Source: an uncultured Thiomicrospira sp.
GTDB lineage: Bacteria; Pseudomonadota; Gammaproteobacteria; CAKMZV01
Reading direction: 5' to 3'
Assembly (NCBI GenBank): GCA_965195345.1
Contig: OZ239628.1
Coordinates: 128,001-192,000 of the forward strand
DNA length: 64,000 bases
Part shown: piece after piece, positions 1 through 13,192 of the stretch
Layout of the letters: every line of letters begins with the position of its first letter
How positions within the stretch are numbered: position 1 is the stretch's first letter
Translations under genes and position numbers: made by a program
The notes under the pieces: generated by a model
Databases searched by the model: none
What the model was told of the DNA's origin: nothing
Seen by the model: the letters and a program-made list of their open reading frames with translations, nothing else

Positions 1-118
1 GCTCGAGTTGCCAAATTCCAAGTGCTATGAAAGTGCAAAATCCTGTGATAAATAAAATCCAAAATGTCAAACTAGGTGCAAAAATACGCCCTAAAAAGTG
101 AATTTTGACTGAACGCAT
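1..118 (-). CDS. SURF1 family cytochrome oxidase assembly protein, 5' part (runs off window)
   Basis: Manual translation from the ATG at 118 gives MRSVKIHFLGRIFAPSLTFWILFITGFCTFIALGIWQLE: a TM helix ending in the SURF1 LGxWQL motif. Adjacent to a DUF2909-like gene, as in cox clusters. Confidence 0.75.
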   Translation of the reverse strand, partial: MRSVKIHFLGRIFAPSLTFWILFITGFCTFIALGIWQLE

Positions 119-123
119 TTCTC

Positions 124-330
124 TTAAAATCCTGGATTATTTGGGCTAATCCATCCCATATAGTTCCCTAAAATGAGTAATGCAAATAAAACAATAGACA
201 ACCCTATTCGAAAAGACAAGGAGCGAACCATGTTCTTTGAACCTGAACCACCTTCACGCACCAAATAATAAACTGCTGAAAACAGCGAGTAAAGAATGGC
301 AACCAACACCGCACCGATTATTACTTTCAT
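124..330 (-). CDS. Twin-transmembrane-helix small protein (DUF2909/HIG1-like, cox-cluster associated)
   Basis: 68 aa, two hydrophobic helices, 'SLFSAVYYL...MVRSLSFRIGLS...GWISP' pattern; next to SURF1. Confidence 0.75.
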   Translation of the reverse strand: MKVIIGAVLVAILYSLFSAVYYLVREGGSGSKNMVRSLSFRIGLSIVLFALLILGNYMGWISPNNPGF

Positions 331-353
331 AAGTTACCTTGCATCAATCACCT

Positions 354-2516
<2,163 letters not shown>

Positions 2517-2538
2517 ATCAATGCGGATAAATGTAAAT

Positions 2539-2790
2539 CTAAACAACATTGACAAACATTCTGCTATGCGGTCCTTTGCGATTAAATTGAACCACACCAT
2601 CTTCAGTAGCAAATAAAGTGTCATCTTTTCCACGCATAACATTGCCACCTGCATGAAATTTCGTTCCTCGTTGTCTAACTAGGATATTCCCTGCTCTGAC
2701 AACTTGTCCACCATATCGCTTCACGCCCAATCTTTGAGCATTAGAATCACGACCATTTCTTGTACTTCCCGCTGCTTTTTTATGTGCCAT
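2539..2790 (-). CDS. rpmA: 50S ribosomal protein L27
   Basis: [16 protein letters not shown] signature. Confidence 0.99.
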   Translation of the reverse strand: MAHKKAAGSTRNGRDSNAQRLGVKRYGGQVVRAGNILVRQRGTKFHAGGNVMRGKDDTLFATEDGVVQFNRKGPHSRMFVNVV

Positions 2791-2800
2791 GCGTCCTCCT

Positions 2801-3112
2801 TCAGGCTTTAATAGCCTTTATTCTTAATTCTGTGTAATACTGTCTATGACCTTGCTTTGTCATGGAGTCCTTACGTCGACGAAATTTGATAACATTGATT
2901 TTCTTTTCACGACCGTGATCAATAACATCAGCAGTTACTTTTGCTCCTTCTACTAAAGGGCTTCCAACCATCAGTTTATCGCCTTCTCCAACAGCCAATA
3001 CTTGATCAAATTCAATGACACTATCCTTCTCAACTTCAAGTTTTTCAACTCGAATTTTTTCACCTTCTGCTATGCGGTACTGTTTCCCGCCTGTTTTTAT
3101 TACTGCGTACAT
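2801..3112 (-). CDS. rplU: 50S ribosomal protein L21
   Basis: [12 protein letters not shown] and GHRQYYT motifs. Confidence 0.99.
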   Translation of the reverse strand: MYAVIKTGGKQYRIAEGEKIRVEKLEVEKDSVIEFDQVLAVGEGDKLMVGSPLVEGAKVTADVIDHGREKKINVIKFRRRKDSMTKQGHRQYYTELRIKAIKA

Positions 3113-3346
3113 TCAGCTACTCCTGTAACATCTTAATTTATCCCCAAACAAAAATGAGCAATGCCACTGAATATTTTTAACATCCACTTTTTAAGGATGT
3201 TAAAACACAGGCTGACTTCTCACTAAAAAGGGGCGAGATTGTAGCATACAATCAACATGTTACTAGTACCATTTTTTCTTTTTAACGCAACTTGTATATA
3301 CTGTTCTGATTGCAAGTAAAATACCTCGTTTTTCCGCATTAATCCT

Positions 3347-6157
3347 ATGAGTACTAAAACCATCTCGATACGTGGCGCTCGCACACACAATTTAAAAAAC
3401 ATTGACATCGATATTCCTCGAGATAATTTAGTCGTCATTACTGGGCTTTCTGGTTCGGGTAAATCGTCTTTAGCTTTTGACACCATATACGCTGAAGGGC
3501 AAAGACGCTATGTTGAATCGCTCTCATCGTATGCTCGACAATTTCTGTCAATGATGAATAAGCCAGATATTGACCACATCGAAGGATTATCTCCAGCCAT
3601 CTCTATTGATCAAAAGTCTGCCTCTCACAACCCGCGCTCAACCGTTGGAACGGTAACCGAAATATACGATTATTTGCGTCTGTTATTTGCGCGCATCGGT
3701 AAACCTCGTTGTCCTACACACAATATCGAACTGAATGCGCAAACCGTTCGTCAAATGGTACAGCAGATTATGGAGCAACCTGAAGGAACTAAGTTGATGC
3801 TGCTTGCTCCAATTGTTAGAAATCGTAAGGGAGAGCATTCAGCAATGTTGGAAGGTTTATTTTCTCAAGGTTTTGTTCGTGCCATCATAGATGGAAAAGA
3901 AGTGATGCTTGAGTCTTTACCCACTATAAATGCAAAACGCAAACACAATATAGATATTGTTATTGATCGTTTTAAAGTCAATACAGACATGCAGAGTCGA
4001 CTGAGCGAATCCATTGAGACTGCTCTCCGCTTAGGGGGTGATATGGCCGTTGTTGTGGGTATGGATAGCGATATCCGATTAACATTTTCTGCACGTTTTG
4101 CTTGCCCTGAATGTGGTTACACCCTTGGAGACCTTGAGCCTCGATTGTTTTCATTTAACAGTCCACAAGGTGCTTGTTCCCATTGCGATGGTTTAGGTCG
4201 AATCGCTTTTTTTGACCCCATGCGCGTCGTCACCAATCCCAATGTAAGCCTCTCAGAGGGTGCTATTGCTGGTTGGAGTAAAACCCTATCCTATTATTTC
4301 TCCATACTTGAGGCGGTTGCTCAGCATTATGATATTGATATGGACAAACCATATCACTCTTTGAGTGAGGAGCATAAGGAAATCATACTCTTTGGTAGTG
4401 GTACTACACGGATAAAAATGCCCCATGGGCGCTACAGCAACGTTCGTCCATTTGAAGGTGTTGTTAATAACTACGAGCGGCGGTATAACGAGAGCGACAG
4501 TAAACAAATGCGCGAGGAATTGGGGCATTATCGTGTAGTTGATAATTGCAGAAAATGCATGGGGAATCGTCTAAATGAATCTGCGCGTAATGTATGGATC
4601 AAAAATAAAAATCTGCCTGAAATAACCAATTGGTCTATTGAAAATTCGCATCAGTTTTTCAATACTATCGAACTCAGCGGTATGGAGCATCAAATTGCCG
4701 AAAAAATCATTCAAGAAATCAGCAATCGTCTGTCCTTTCTTGTTAACGTTGGACTGGGTTACTTAAGTCTTTCTCGTAGTGCTGACACTCTTTCTGGAGG
4801 AGAGGCTCAACGCATACGCCTTGCCAGTCAAATTGGAGCAGGCTTGGTTGGTGTCATGTACGTGCTTGACGAACCATCTATTGGTTTGCATCAAAGGGAC
4901 AATCACAAATTGTTAGCGACGCTCAAGCATTTGAAAAGCATAGGAAATACTGTTATTGTGGTCGAACACGATGAAGAAACCATCAAAAGTGCTGACATTG
5001 TCGTCGATATAGGCCCGTTTGCTGGAGAACATGGTGGCGAAGTGATGCACTGTGGAACGCCCGAAAAACTGCTTACAACAGGAAAGTCATTAACTGCTGA
5101 CTATTTAAACGGCAAGAAAAAAATTGCAACCCCTTCAAAAAGGCTGCCTATTGACAAAAAAATGTTGATCAAAGTTCGAGGTGCTTCTGGGAATAATTTA
5201 CAAAATATCGATGTTGATATTCCCATAGGAATTATGTCTTGCATCACTGGCGTTTCAGGCTCAGGAAAATCGACACTAATCAATCAAACCTTGTTGCCAA
5301 TGGCATCTCATGAAATAAATCGATCCTCGCTACGCTCTAAACCCTTCGATAGCATTGAAGGATTGCAACATTTTGATAAAATAATAGACATTAATCAAAG
5401 CCCTATTGGTCGCACTCCTCGATCCAATCCAGCCACGTATGTAGGTCTATTCACTTTAATACGTGAATTATTTGCTAGTACACGGGAATCTCGCGTGCGT
5501 GGATTTAACCCTGGTCGCTTTAGTTTCAACGTGCGTGGTGGTCGTTGTGAAGCTTGCCAAGGTGATGGGCTTATTCGCGTTGAAATGCATTTCCTATCTG
5601 ATGTATATGTTATGTGTGAGGAATGTCAAGGAAAGCGCTATAACGAACAAACCTTGGAAGTCCTCTACAACAATAAGTCCATTGCTGATATCCTTGATCT
5701 AACCATAGAAGAGGCACTGGATTTTTTTGACTCCATCCCCATATTAAAAAGGAAACTAAAAACACTGGTGGATGTTGGCTTAAGCTATATTAGGCTTGGA
5801 CAAAGCGCAACAACCTTATCCGGTGGAGAGGCGCAAAGAATTAAGTTGGCAAAAGAGCTTTCTCGCAAGGATACTGCAAAAACGCTTTACATGTTGGATG
5901 AACCGACAACAGGGTTGCATTTCCATGACATTTCGCTATTGTTAGATGTGCTTGTGAAATTGCGGGATAAAGGCAATACAATTATTATTATTGAACATAA
6001 TTTGGATGTTATAAAAACAGCTGACTGGGTGATTGACTTAGGACCCGAAGGAGGCGCATCAGGTGGTCAGATAGTGGCTGTTGGAACGCCTGAAAAAGTT
6101 GCTGAGAATACCTCCTCCTATACGGGGCAATTTTTAAAACCCTTGCTCACTGGATGA
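3347..6157 (+). CDS. uvrA: Excinuclease ABC subunit A
   Basis: Two ABC ATPase modules ([24 protein letters not shown] twice), Zn-finger CxxC pairs, 936 aa. Confidence 0.99.
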   Translation: MSTKTISIRGARTHNLKNIDIDIPRDNLVVITGLSGSGKSSLAFDTIYAEGQRRYVESLSSYARQFLSMMNKPDIDHIEGLSPAISIDQKSASHNPRSTVGTVTEIYDYLRLLFARIGKPRCPTHNIELNAQTVRQMVQQIMEQPEGTKLMLLAPIVRNRKGEHSAMLEGLFSQGFVRAIIDGKEVMLESLPTINAKRKHNIDIVIDRFKVNTDMQSRLSESIETALRLGGDMAVVVGMDSDIRLTFSARFACPECGYTLGDLEPRLFSFNSPQGACSHCDGLGRIAFFDPMRVVTNPNVSLSEGAIAGWSKTLSYYFSILEAVAQHYDIDMDKPYHSLSEEHKEIILFGSGTTRIKMPHGRYSNVRPFEGVVNNYERRYNESDSKQMREELGHYRVVDNCRKCMGNRLNESARNVWIKNKNLPEITNWSIENSHQFFNTIELSGMEHQIAEKIIQEISNRLSFLVNVGLGYLSLSRSADTLSGGEAQRIRLASQIGAGLVGVMYVLDEPSIGLHQRDNHKLLATLKHLKSIGNTVIVVEHDEETIKSADIVVDIGPFAGEHGGEVMHCGTPEKLLTTGKSLTADYLNGKKKIATPSKRLPIDKKMLIKVRGASGNNLQNIDVDIPIGIMSCITGVSGSGKSTLINQTLLPMASHEINRSSLRSKPFDSIEGLQHFDKIIDINQSPIGRTPRSNPATYVGLFTLIRELFASTRESRVRGFNPGRFSFNVRGGRCEACQGDGLIRVEMHFLSDVYVMCEECQGKRYNEQTLEVLYNNKSIADILDLTIEEALDFFDSIPILKRKLKTLVDVGLSYIRLGQSATTLSGGEAQRIKLAKELSRKDTAKTLYMLDEPTTGLHFHDISLLLDVLVKLRDKGNTIIIIEHNLDVIKTADWVIDLGPEGGASGGQIVAVGTPEKVAENTSSYTGQFLKPLLTG

Positions 6158-6285
6158 TGAAAAACAGTCCCCTGCGAAAAAACAGTCATCATGCAATAAA
6201 ATTTGCGTATATATAAAATTCCAATGCCATCTATTAAAAGACATTACAAATATAATGATAAAAAACCCAATATAAAAAAATTATT

Positions 6286-7605
6286 ATGACACCTCGTGAA
6301 ATAGTCGCTCAATTAGACCAACATATCATCGGACAAGAAGAGGCTAAAAAAGCCATTGCCGTAGCTGTACGCAATCGCTGGCGTCGCCAACAGGTTGATC
6401 CTGAATTACAGCAAGAAATCATGCCGAAAAACATCCTGATGATCGGACCAACTGGGGTAGGGAAAACTGAAATATCGCGAAGACTGGCTAAATTGGTGCA
6501 TGCCCCTTTTATAAAAGTTGAAGCTACTAAGTTCACTCAAATTGGCTATGTGGGTAAAAACGTTGACTCCATCATTCGGGATCTTACCGAAGTTGCTTAT
6601 AACGAAACACGTGATGCAGCTGTCGCTGCACTGCACGCCAAAGCTGAAATAGCTGCTGAAGAAACTTTGTTGGATAAACTACTTCCCAATATAACGACAA
6701 GTGAAGTAACCGATTCAGTTAATGCGCGCGAAAAAATGCGCCAAAGCCGAGAAAAAATGCGGATTAAACTTCGTGCTGGAGAATTGGACGACTCAATGGT
6801 TGAAATAGCCGCTCCCAGCCATAATGTCGTGCATTTAATGGGTCACCCTGGAATGGAAGAGATGACCGATCAATTGCAACAAATGCTTGGCAATCTTCCC
6901 AAAAAAAATGCTCCGCGTAAAATTAAAATAAAAGATGCATGGAAGATACTTATTGAACAAGAAGCTGCTGCACTTCTTGATGAGGAGGAAGTTCGCCAGA
7001 ACGCCATATACAATGTAGAACAAAATGGTATCGTTTTCATAGATGAATTCGACAAGATAACCGACAATGCAAGCACACATGGTGATGTTTCTCGTGAAGG
7101 CGTACAACGGGACTTACTTCCTCTGATAGAAGGATGCACGATAAACACCAAATTTGGAAATATCAAAACAGATCACATCCTTTTTGTCGCATCTGGCGCT
7201 TTTCATCAAACCAAACCCAGCGACCTTATTGCCGAAATCCAAGGACGCCTACCCATTCGAGTTGAACTTAAATCATTGACGATTGAAGACTTTAAAAAAA
7301 TTCTCAACAATACGCGCCACCCCCTACTTACTCAATACTCTGCCATGCTTAAAGCAGACGGCATTCAATTAAAGTGGCTTGAAGATGGTATAACCCGTAT
7401 TGTTGAAATTGCGTGGGAGATTAATGAGCGTCAAGAGAACATCGGAGCAAGGCGACTTCATACCGTACTCGAACGTTTATTGACTGAAATCAGCTATGAA
7501 GCACCAGACACTAAAAACAAGACCCTCAATATTAATGCTTCATACGTTGATGAACAACTTGGAAAACTGATTAAAGATAAAGATCTTGCCCAATTCATCC
7601 TATAA
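6286..7605 (+). CDS. hslU: ATP-dependent protease ATPase subunit HslU
   Basis: MTPREIV start, [12 protein letters not shown] pore loop, VSREGVQRDLLP, GARRL, C-terminal FIL. Confidence 0.96.
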   Translation: MTPREIVAQLDQHIIGQEEAKKAIAVAVRNRWRRQQVDPELQQEIMPKNILMIGPTGVGKTEISRRLAKLVHAPFIKVEATKFTQIGYVGKNVDSIIRDLTEVAYNETRDAAVAALHAKAEIAAEETLLDKLLPNITTSEVTDSVNAREKMRQSREKMRIKLRAGELDDSMVEIAAPSHNVVHLMGHPGMEEMTDQLQQMLGNLPKKNAPRKIKIKDAWKILIEQEAAALLDEEEVRQNAIYNVEQNGIVFIDEFDKITDNASTHGDVSREGVQRDLLPLIEGCTINTKFGNIKTDHILFVASGAFHQTKPSDLIAEIQGRLPIRVELKSLTIEDFKKILNNTRHPLLTQYSAMLKADGIQLKWLEDGITRIVEIAWEINERQENIGARRLHTVLERLLTEISYEAPDTKNKTLNINASYVDEQLGKLIKDKDLAQFIL

Positions 7606-7615
7606 AGAAGAGCAT

Positions 7616-7984
7616 ATGAGTGCACCAACGCCCACCCTAATAAAATTAAGCAAAGATAAAAGCATGCTTGATGTGCATTTCATAGATGATCAATTTCGTT
7701 TTAGTGCTGAATTCCTACGGGTATTATCTCCTTCAGCTGAAGTGCAAGGTCATAGCCCTGAAACAGCCGTTTTACAAGTGGGAAAAGAAAACGTTCGTAT
7801 AAATAATATTGAACCTGTTGGCCACTACGCAATTCGGATATTGTTCGACGATGACCATTCAACGGGTATTTTTTCTTGGGATACTCTGCTTGATTACGGA
7901 AGAAACCAACAGAAGTTGTGGCAGCAATACCAACAGAAGTTGAGTGAGAAATCACCTAAATGCGCTCAATATCGACCACTATAA
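7616..7984 (+). CDS. DUF971 / GBBH-like N-terminal domain protein
   Basis: AEFLRVLSPSAEVQGH, PVGHYA, FDDDHSTGIFSW; hslU-DUF971-ubiE synteny. Confidence 0.9.
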   Translation: MSAPTPTLIKLSKDKSMLDVHFIDDQFRFSAEFLRVLSPSAEVQGHSPETAVLQVGKENVRINNIEPVGHYAIRILFDDDHSTGIFSWDTLLDYGRNQQKLWQQYQQKLSEKSPKCAQYRPL

Positions 7985-8724
7985 TGAATAAAAAAACAGA
8001 CTTTGGATTTACAGAAGTTCGTTGGGAAGAAAAGGCGGAACGCGTTCGGGACGTTTTTGACTCGGTTGCTGAGAAGTACGACACAATGAATGACTTAATG
8101 TCTTTCGGTGCGCATCGACTATGGAAACAGTTTTGTATTGAGTTTTGCAACCCTAAAAATGATGCAAAAATATTGGACTTGGCTGGTGGAACAGGGGACA
8201 TTGCTAAAAGATTAGCTCCTTTAATTGGAAAAGATGGTGAGATTATAATCTCCGATATTAATCAAAAAATGCTTGAAGTTGGCAAAAAGCGGTTGGAAAA
8301 CATAAAAAAATGCCCACTTTCTTTTGTTCAAGCAAACGCCGAGCAATTGCCTTTTCCTAACGAACGTTTTGACTTGATTACCATTGCATTTGGCCTACGT
8401 AACGTAACAGATAAGCAGCAAGCACTCAATGAAATGAAACGGTGCATCAAACCAGGTGGAAAACTTGCCATTTTAGAGTTTTCTAAGGTAGAGTCAAAAC
8501 TTCTCCAACAAGTTTATGATTTTTATAGTTTCCAAATACTACCAAAAATTGGGGCGTTTGTCGCCAAAGATGAAGATAGTTACCGCTATCTTGCAGAATC
8601 TATCAGAAAACATCCTGATCAACAAACGCTGAAATCAATGTTGGATGAGGCAGGATTCTCCCACACTGGATACTTAAATCTGAGCAATGGTATTGTCTCA
8701 ATCCATTATGGTTATGTCACTTAA
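7984..8724 (+). CDS. ubiE: Ubiquinone/menaquinone C-methyltransferase
   Basis: TDFGF, YDTMNDLMSFG, LDLAGGTGD, FGLRNV, YRYLAESIR; ATG overlaps the upstream stop (TAATG). Confidence 0.97.
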   Translation: MNKKTDFGFTEVRWEEKAERVRDVFDSVAEKYDTMNDLMSFGAHRLWKQFCIEFCNPKNDAKILDLAGGTGDIAKRLAPLIGKDGEIIISDINQKMLEVGKKRLENIKKCPLSFVQANAEQLPFPNERFDLITIAFGLRNVTDKQQALNEMKRCIKPGGKLAILEFSKVESKLLQQVYDFYSFQILPKIGAFVAKDEDSYRYLAESIRKHPDQQTLKSMLDEAGFSHTGYLNLSNGIVSIHYGYVT

Positions 8725-9190
8725 CAACTTGCATCGTCTAAACAAAGGCATTGATCAAATAATCGCCTGTGACGACCGCGCCGTCGAAATACTTGGGGGT
8801 TTAAAAAACAGCACTATCAAATGGGATGTTCGTAATTGGGGCATGCATGTCTTCTGCACAGTTATAGACGGGAAATTAAACATCCATTTTTCTCATTCTA
8901 CTGCTGATTGTTGCATCCTAGCAACCCCCACTGAAATGCTGAAAGCTCTAAAATCCAAAGATATTAGTGCGTTAGAGACTTCTGGGTCCCAAGCAACTGC
9001 CCAATCTCTTTTTGAGTTACTTTTCTCACTCAAAATAGAATGGGAAAACTGGCTAGCTGATTACATACCGCCATTGCTCGTTAATGCCTCTTCATATAAA
9101 ATTAAAATCATTAAAAAATACGTTCGCGATAAGAAAGAACACTTGAAAAATGATTGGTATAGTTTCGTCAACGAAGAAAATTGCAAATAA
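8714..9190 (+). CDS. Divergent UbiJ-like (SCP2-domain) ubiquinone accessory factor, possibly C-terminally shortened
   Basis: Directly after ubiE; 'ADCCILATP', 'LETSGS..TAQ', 'IEWENWLA' and 'FVNEE' resemble UbiJ. Confidence 0.6.
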   Translation: MSLNNLHRLNKGIDQIIACDDRAVEILGGLKNSTIKWDVRNWGMHVFCTVIDGKLNIHFSHSTADCCILATPTEMLKALKSKDISALETSGSQATAQSLFELLFSLKIEWENWLADYIPPLLVNASSYKIKIIKKYVRDKKEHLKNDWYSFVNEENCK

Positions 9191-9351
9191 AACGGCTTCT
9201 TATATATGAGATGGCATTTGATGCTTCATCTTTAATTAAATGAATGAGTATATCCAATGACTTAAAAAATCAATTTAGTCACGCGTACCCCTAATCTTTT
9301 GTGGAGACTAAAGACGTATGCACCCCATATAATTCCATTTATTCGAATCTG

Positions 9352-10059
9352 TTAATTAAGCAGACACACACTAAGGGCAGCAATAGCAGCCGTTTCTGAT
9401 TTTAATACGTTATTTGAAAGCTTGCAGATTTTTGCGCCATTTGCGCTAGCAGTTTCGACTTCTTGATCTGAAAACCCTCCCTCTGGGCCAATAGCTAACC
9501 ACTGCGTTTGTTGACTAAAATGCTGCGACCAGTGTACTGTGGCTAAGTGATGAAAAAAACAACACCCAAGCATCAAATCTTCAACTTCTTCAAATACTCG
9601 AATTGGATGAATGACGGGCAAAAGTGCTCTACCACTTTGTTCACAAGCGGCAATAGCAACCTGTTGCCAATGCTGGTGCCGCTTTAATTTCTTTTCATCA
9701 TTAAGTTTTACTACACTGAAGCGTGTTTCTATTGGTTGAATTTCAGTAACTCCTAATTCAACAGCTTTTTGAATAATCCAATCCATTTTTTCACCTTTAA
9801 CGAGCGATTGAATTAAACCAATTTGTAGAGTAGGTAACCGATTATTTATTGAGACAGATTGAATACTCACCTGTGCGGTTTTTTTATTGATTATTTGTAA
9901 AACGCCTAAATAATCTTTGCCATTGCCATTAAATAATTCAACCATTGCTCCTGCTTTTAGACGAAGAACGGTTACTAAATGACGAGATGCCGATGTGGGC
10001 AGTTCCACTCTATCACCCGCATCGAAGATGGCTTTTATATAAATTCTGGGATATTGCAA
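9352..10059 (-). CDS. rsmE: 16S rRNA m3U1498 methyltransferase
   Basis: HLVTVLR, KAVELGV, ACEQSGR, IGPEGGF, LKSETA. Confidence 0.96.
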   Translation of the reverse strand: MQYPRIYIKAIFDAGDRVELPTSASRHLVTVLRLKAGAMVELFNGNGKDYLGVLQIINKKTAQVSIQSVSINNRLPTLQIGLIQSLVKGEKMDWIIQKAVELGVTEIQPIETRFSVVKLNDEKKLKRHQHWQQVAIAACEQSGRALLPVIHPIRVFEEVEDLMLGCCFFHHLATVHWSQHFSQQTQWLAIGPEGGFSDQEVETASANGAKICKLSNNVLKSETAAIAALSVCLLN

Positions 10060-10068
10060 ATGAACTAA

Positions 10069-11217
10069 CTAATCGGCTAAATGTTTGGCTAGATCTGTAG
10101 CCTCCCATGGCAAATCAACATCTTCACGCCCAAAATGGCCATAAGCCGTAGTTTGCTTATATATGGGACGCAATAGATCAAAGTGTTTGATTATGCCACT
10201 TGGTCTAAAGTCCATGTTCTCATTAAGCCGTTGGCGAATCGCCTCATCAGAAATTTTTCCAGTCCCAAAAGTATTAACGTAGATAGAAACAGGCTCAATG
10301 ACCCCAATGGCGTAAGCTAACTGAATTTCACAACGGCTTGCTAACCCAGAAGCCACTATATTCTTCGCCGCATACCGAGCAGCGTAGGCAGCAGAACGAT
10401 CAACTTTAGAGGGGTCTTTACCTGAAAAAGCACCCCCACCATGGCGTGCACTTCCACCGTACGTATCTACGATAATTTTTCTTCCAGTTAATCCACAGTC
10501 GCCTACAGGTCCGCCTATTACGAACCGACCCGTAGGGTTGATGTGATATTGTGTGTCTTTATGTAGGAGTTCTGCTGGTAAAACTGAATATATGATTTCT
10601 TCCCTTACGGCTTCTTTAATTTCCTTATCGCTGACTTCTGGATCGTGTTGCGTTGACAAAACAACGGCATCTATGGAAACAGGCTTCCCATTTTCGTAGC
10701 GAAAAGAAACCTGGCTTTTTGCATCTGGGCGCAACCATGGTATTTTTTTGTTTTTTCTTAATTCAGACTGTTTACGCATGAGTGCGTGTGCATACGTTAT
10801 CGGAGCAGGCATCAATACTTTCGTTTCGTCACAAGCATAGCCAAACATTATTCCTTGGTCGCCTGCCCCTATATTTGGATCGCTCAAATCTTTATCAACA
10901 CCTTGAGCAATATCTGGAGATTGTTTACCAATCGCCGAAAGAACAGAGCATACTTGTCCATCAAAACCAAGAGATCCTGAATCGTAACCTACAGCTTTGA
11001 TCTCTTTCCGAACTAACGCTTCGAGATCAATCCAACTTCTCGTACTGATTTCACCGGCGACTAGAACCATGCCCGTTTTAACTAATACTTCGCAAGCAAC
11101 CCGTGCTTTTACATCCTGAGCAATTATTGCATCAAGTACAGCATCGGAAATGCGATCTGCTACTTTGTCAGGATGTCCTTCGGAAACCGATTCGGATGAA
11201 AATAGAAAGCCAGTCAT
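10069..11217 (-). CDS. metK: S-adenosylmethionine synthetase
   Basis: [26 protein letters not shown]; start placed at MTGFLF (11217). Confidence 0.99.
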   Translation of the reverse strand: MTGFLFSSESVSEGHPDKVADRISDAVLDAIIAQDVKARVACEVLVKTGMVLVAGEISTRSWIDLEALVRKEIKAVGYDSGSLGFDGQVCSVLSAIGKQSPDIAQGVDKDLSDPNIGAGDQGIMFGYACDETKVLMPAPITYAHALMRKQSELRKNKKIPWLRPDAKSQVSFRYENGKPVSIDAVVLSTQHDPEVSDKEIKEAVREEIIYSVLPAELLHKDTQYHINPTGRFVIGGPVGDCGLTGRKIIVDTYGGSARHGGGAFSGKDPSKVDRSAAYAARYAAKNIVASGLASRCEIQLAYAIGVIEPVSIYVNTFGTGKISDEAIRQRLNENMDFRPSGIIKHFDLLRPIYKQTTAYGHFGREDVDLPWEATDLAKHLAD

Positions 11218-11264
11218 AGTTAGAATTGTAAGAGATTGAAACCAAAGTATTATAATGCACCACC

Positions 11265-11900
11265 ATGCCTTCACCAATAATTATTGAAACAACTAAAGAG
11301 CATCAGCACTCCGTAATCTGGCTGCATGGACTTGGCGCCGATGCGTCTGATTTTGAACCCATCATCCCCATGTTGAAGAATAGTAATCAAGGACAGATTC
11401 GCTGGATATTCCCATATGCCCCTGTAGCACCCGTCACTATAAACAACAAAGAGGTGATGCCTTCGTGGTTTGACATCTCTTCCATGGATATAAAAGAAGG
11501 AACTAATATGGATGATGTGGTTGACAGCGCATCATCCATTGCACAATTAATTGACTCCGAAGTTGAATCTCTTAAAAGCGCATCAAAAGTACACCTTGTT
11601 GGATTTTCTCAAGGCGGCGTCGTTGTGCTTGAAGCTGCCCAATTAAGATCCGTTGGCAGTGTGCTTGCATTGTCGTCTTTTCATCCCAACGCACCAGCGT
11701 TAACATTTGATACGAAAACCTCAATTGCAGTAATGCATGGGAAGTTTGATACGATCATTCCCCTGACCGATGCACAATCAACACATCTGGCAATTTGCAG
11801 GAATACTCCAGCACAATGGTTCAGCTTTAACATGGGGCATGAGCTTTGTGTCGAACAAATTGAGGAAATTGACCGGTGGTTCAAAAAAGTCTGCCAATAA
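11265..11900 (+). CDS. Carboxylesterase/phospholipase (alpha/beta hydrolase 2)
   Basis: WLHGLGA, GFSQGG nucleophile elbow, HGKFD, MGH. Confidence 0.9.
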   Translation: MPSPIIIETTKEHQHSVIWLHGLGADASDFEPIIPMLKNSNQGQIRWIFPYAPVAPVTINNKEVMPSWFDISSMDIKEGTNMDDVVDSASSIAQLIDSEVESLKSASKVHLVGFSQGGVVVLEAAQLRSVGSVLALSSFHPNAPALTFDTKTSIAVMHGKFDTIIPLTDAQSTHLAICRNTPAQWFSFNMGHELCVEQIEEIDRWFKKVCQ

Positions 11901-11990
11901 CTGCTAATGAAGCATGCGTATAAATGCGCATTAAAGCGTGACTATAATTTGGTAAAATGATTGTTTTCTAACTTTAAACCTATTTAATAT

Positions 11991-12578
11991 ATGCGTACAG
12001 CATCCATTCAGCGTGAAACAACTGAAACTAAAATCAGTATTGAGTTAAATGTTGACGGCACTGGTCAATCAAATATCAATACGGGAGTCGGATTTTTCGA
12101 CCACATGCTTGATCAGGTATGCAAACATGGAATGCTCGACCTGTCTATTCATTGTGAAGGCGACCACACTATTGACGATCATCATTCTGTAGAAGATGTC
12201 GGCATTGCATTTGGGATGGCCTTAAATCAAGCAGTTGGTGAAAAGCTTGGTATCTATCGATATGGTCACTCCTATGTGCCACTTGATGAAGCGCTATCTC
12301 GTGTTGTTATTGACTTTTCAGGACGCCCATTGTCGGTTTTTTCAGCCAACTTCAATGTCTCAAAAATAGGAACTTTCGATGTGCAGTTGGTAGAGGAGTT
12401 TTTTCAATCTTTCGCTAGCAATGCGCGCGTTACTTTACACGCCAGCTCTATATCCGGCAATAACGCCCATCATATTGCTGAAACGTTATTCAAAGCACTC
12501 GGCAAAGCAATTCGTTTTGCTTTAACGCACGACGTCCAGAACAAGGATCAAGTCCCGTCAACTAAAGGCTGTCTGTAG
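11991..12578 (+). CDS. hisB: Imidazoleglycerol-phosphate dehydratase (monofunctional)
   Basis: GFFDHML, DDHHSVED, NAHHIAE, PSTKG. Confidence 0.98.
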   Translation: MRTASIQRETTETKISIELNVDGTGQSNINTGVGFFDHMLDQVCKHGMLDLSIHCEGDHTIDDHHSVEDVGIAFGMALNQAVGEKLGIYRYGHSYVPLDEALSRVVIDFSGRPLSVFSANFNVSKIGTFDVQLVEEFFQSFASNARVTLHASSISGNNAHHIAETLFKALGKAIRFALTHDVQNKDQVPSTKGCL

Positions 12579-12583
12579 CTTGA

Positions 12584-13192
12584 ATGAAAACCATCGTCAT
12601 TATTGACTACGAGTCTGGAAACTTGCATTCTGTTGAGCGCGCAGCAAAACACGTTAGCAAGCACCCTATTTTGCTAAGCAACAATCCCAAAATAATTGCT
12701 GAGGCTGATGCGGTCATTTTCCCAGGTCAAGGTGCTGCAAAGCAGTGTATGTCAGCGATTGCTACCAAGCAATTGACTGATAGTATCACCGATGCTGCTA
12801 AAAACAAACCTTTCTTCGGAATATGTATGGGTTTACAAGTGCTGATGGACTATAGTCAGGAGGACGGCTATGTTGAAGGGCTAGGCGTTATAAAAGGGTC
12901 CGTTTGTAGACTCACTTCTGATAGACTAAAAATTCCTCATATGGGTTGGAATCAAATTCAACAAAGAGATCATCCTCTTTGGCACGGAATCGAAAATAAT
13001 GCTTATTTCTATTTCGTTCATAGCTATTTCATCGCTCCTGATAACGATGCCGTAATCACAGGCACATGTCATTATGGTGAAGAATTTTGTTGCTCCATTG
13101 GTCATAAGCAATTATTCGGCATACAAGCCCACCCTGAAAAAAGTGGTTCAGCAGGGCTTCAACTACTATCCAACTTTTGTAACCAAATATGA
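12584..13192 (+). CDS. hisH: IGP synthase glutaminase subunit
   Basis: GNLHSV, PGQG, GICMGLQ, PHMGWN, HPEKS. Confidence 0.97.
   Translation: MKTIVIIDYESGNLHSVERAAKHVSKHPILLSNNPKIIAEADAVIFPGQGAAKQCMSAIATKQLTDSITDAAKNKPFFGICMGLQVLMDYSQEDGYVEGLGVIKGSVCRLTSDRLKIPHMGWNQIQQRDHPLWHGIENNAYFYFVHSYFIAPDNDAVITGTCHYGEEFCCSIGHKQLFGIQAHPEKSGSAGLQLLSNFCNQI

Noticed and set aside
3290-3320. LexA (SOS) box upstream of uvrA, and similarly upstream of pncC-recA (about 51545)
   Set aside because: Only half-sites (CTGT...); no CTG-N10-CAG match.
6158-6190. Direct repeat AAAAACAGTC x2 after uvrA
   Set aside because: Only 10 bp, two copies, A-rich; could be chance and no function can be supported.
11218-11264. 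SAM riboswitch upstream of metK
   Set aside because: Only 47 bp separate the divergent starts, and no riboswitch motif is visible.
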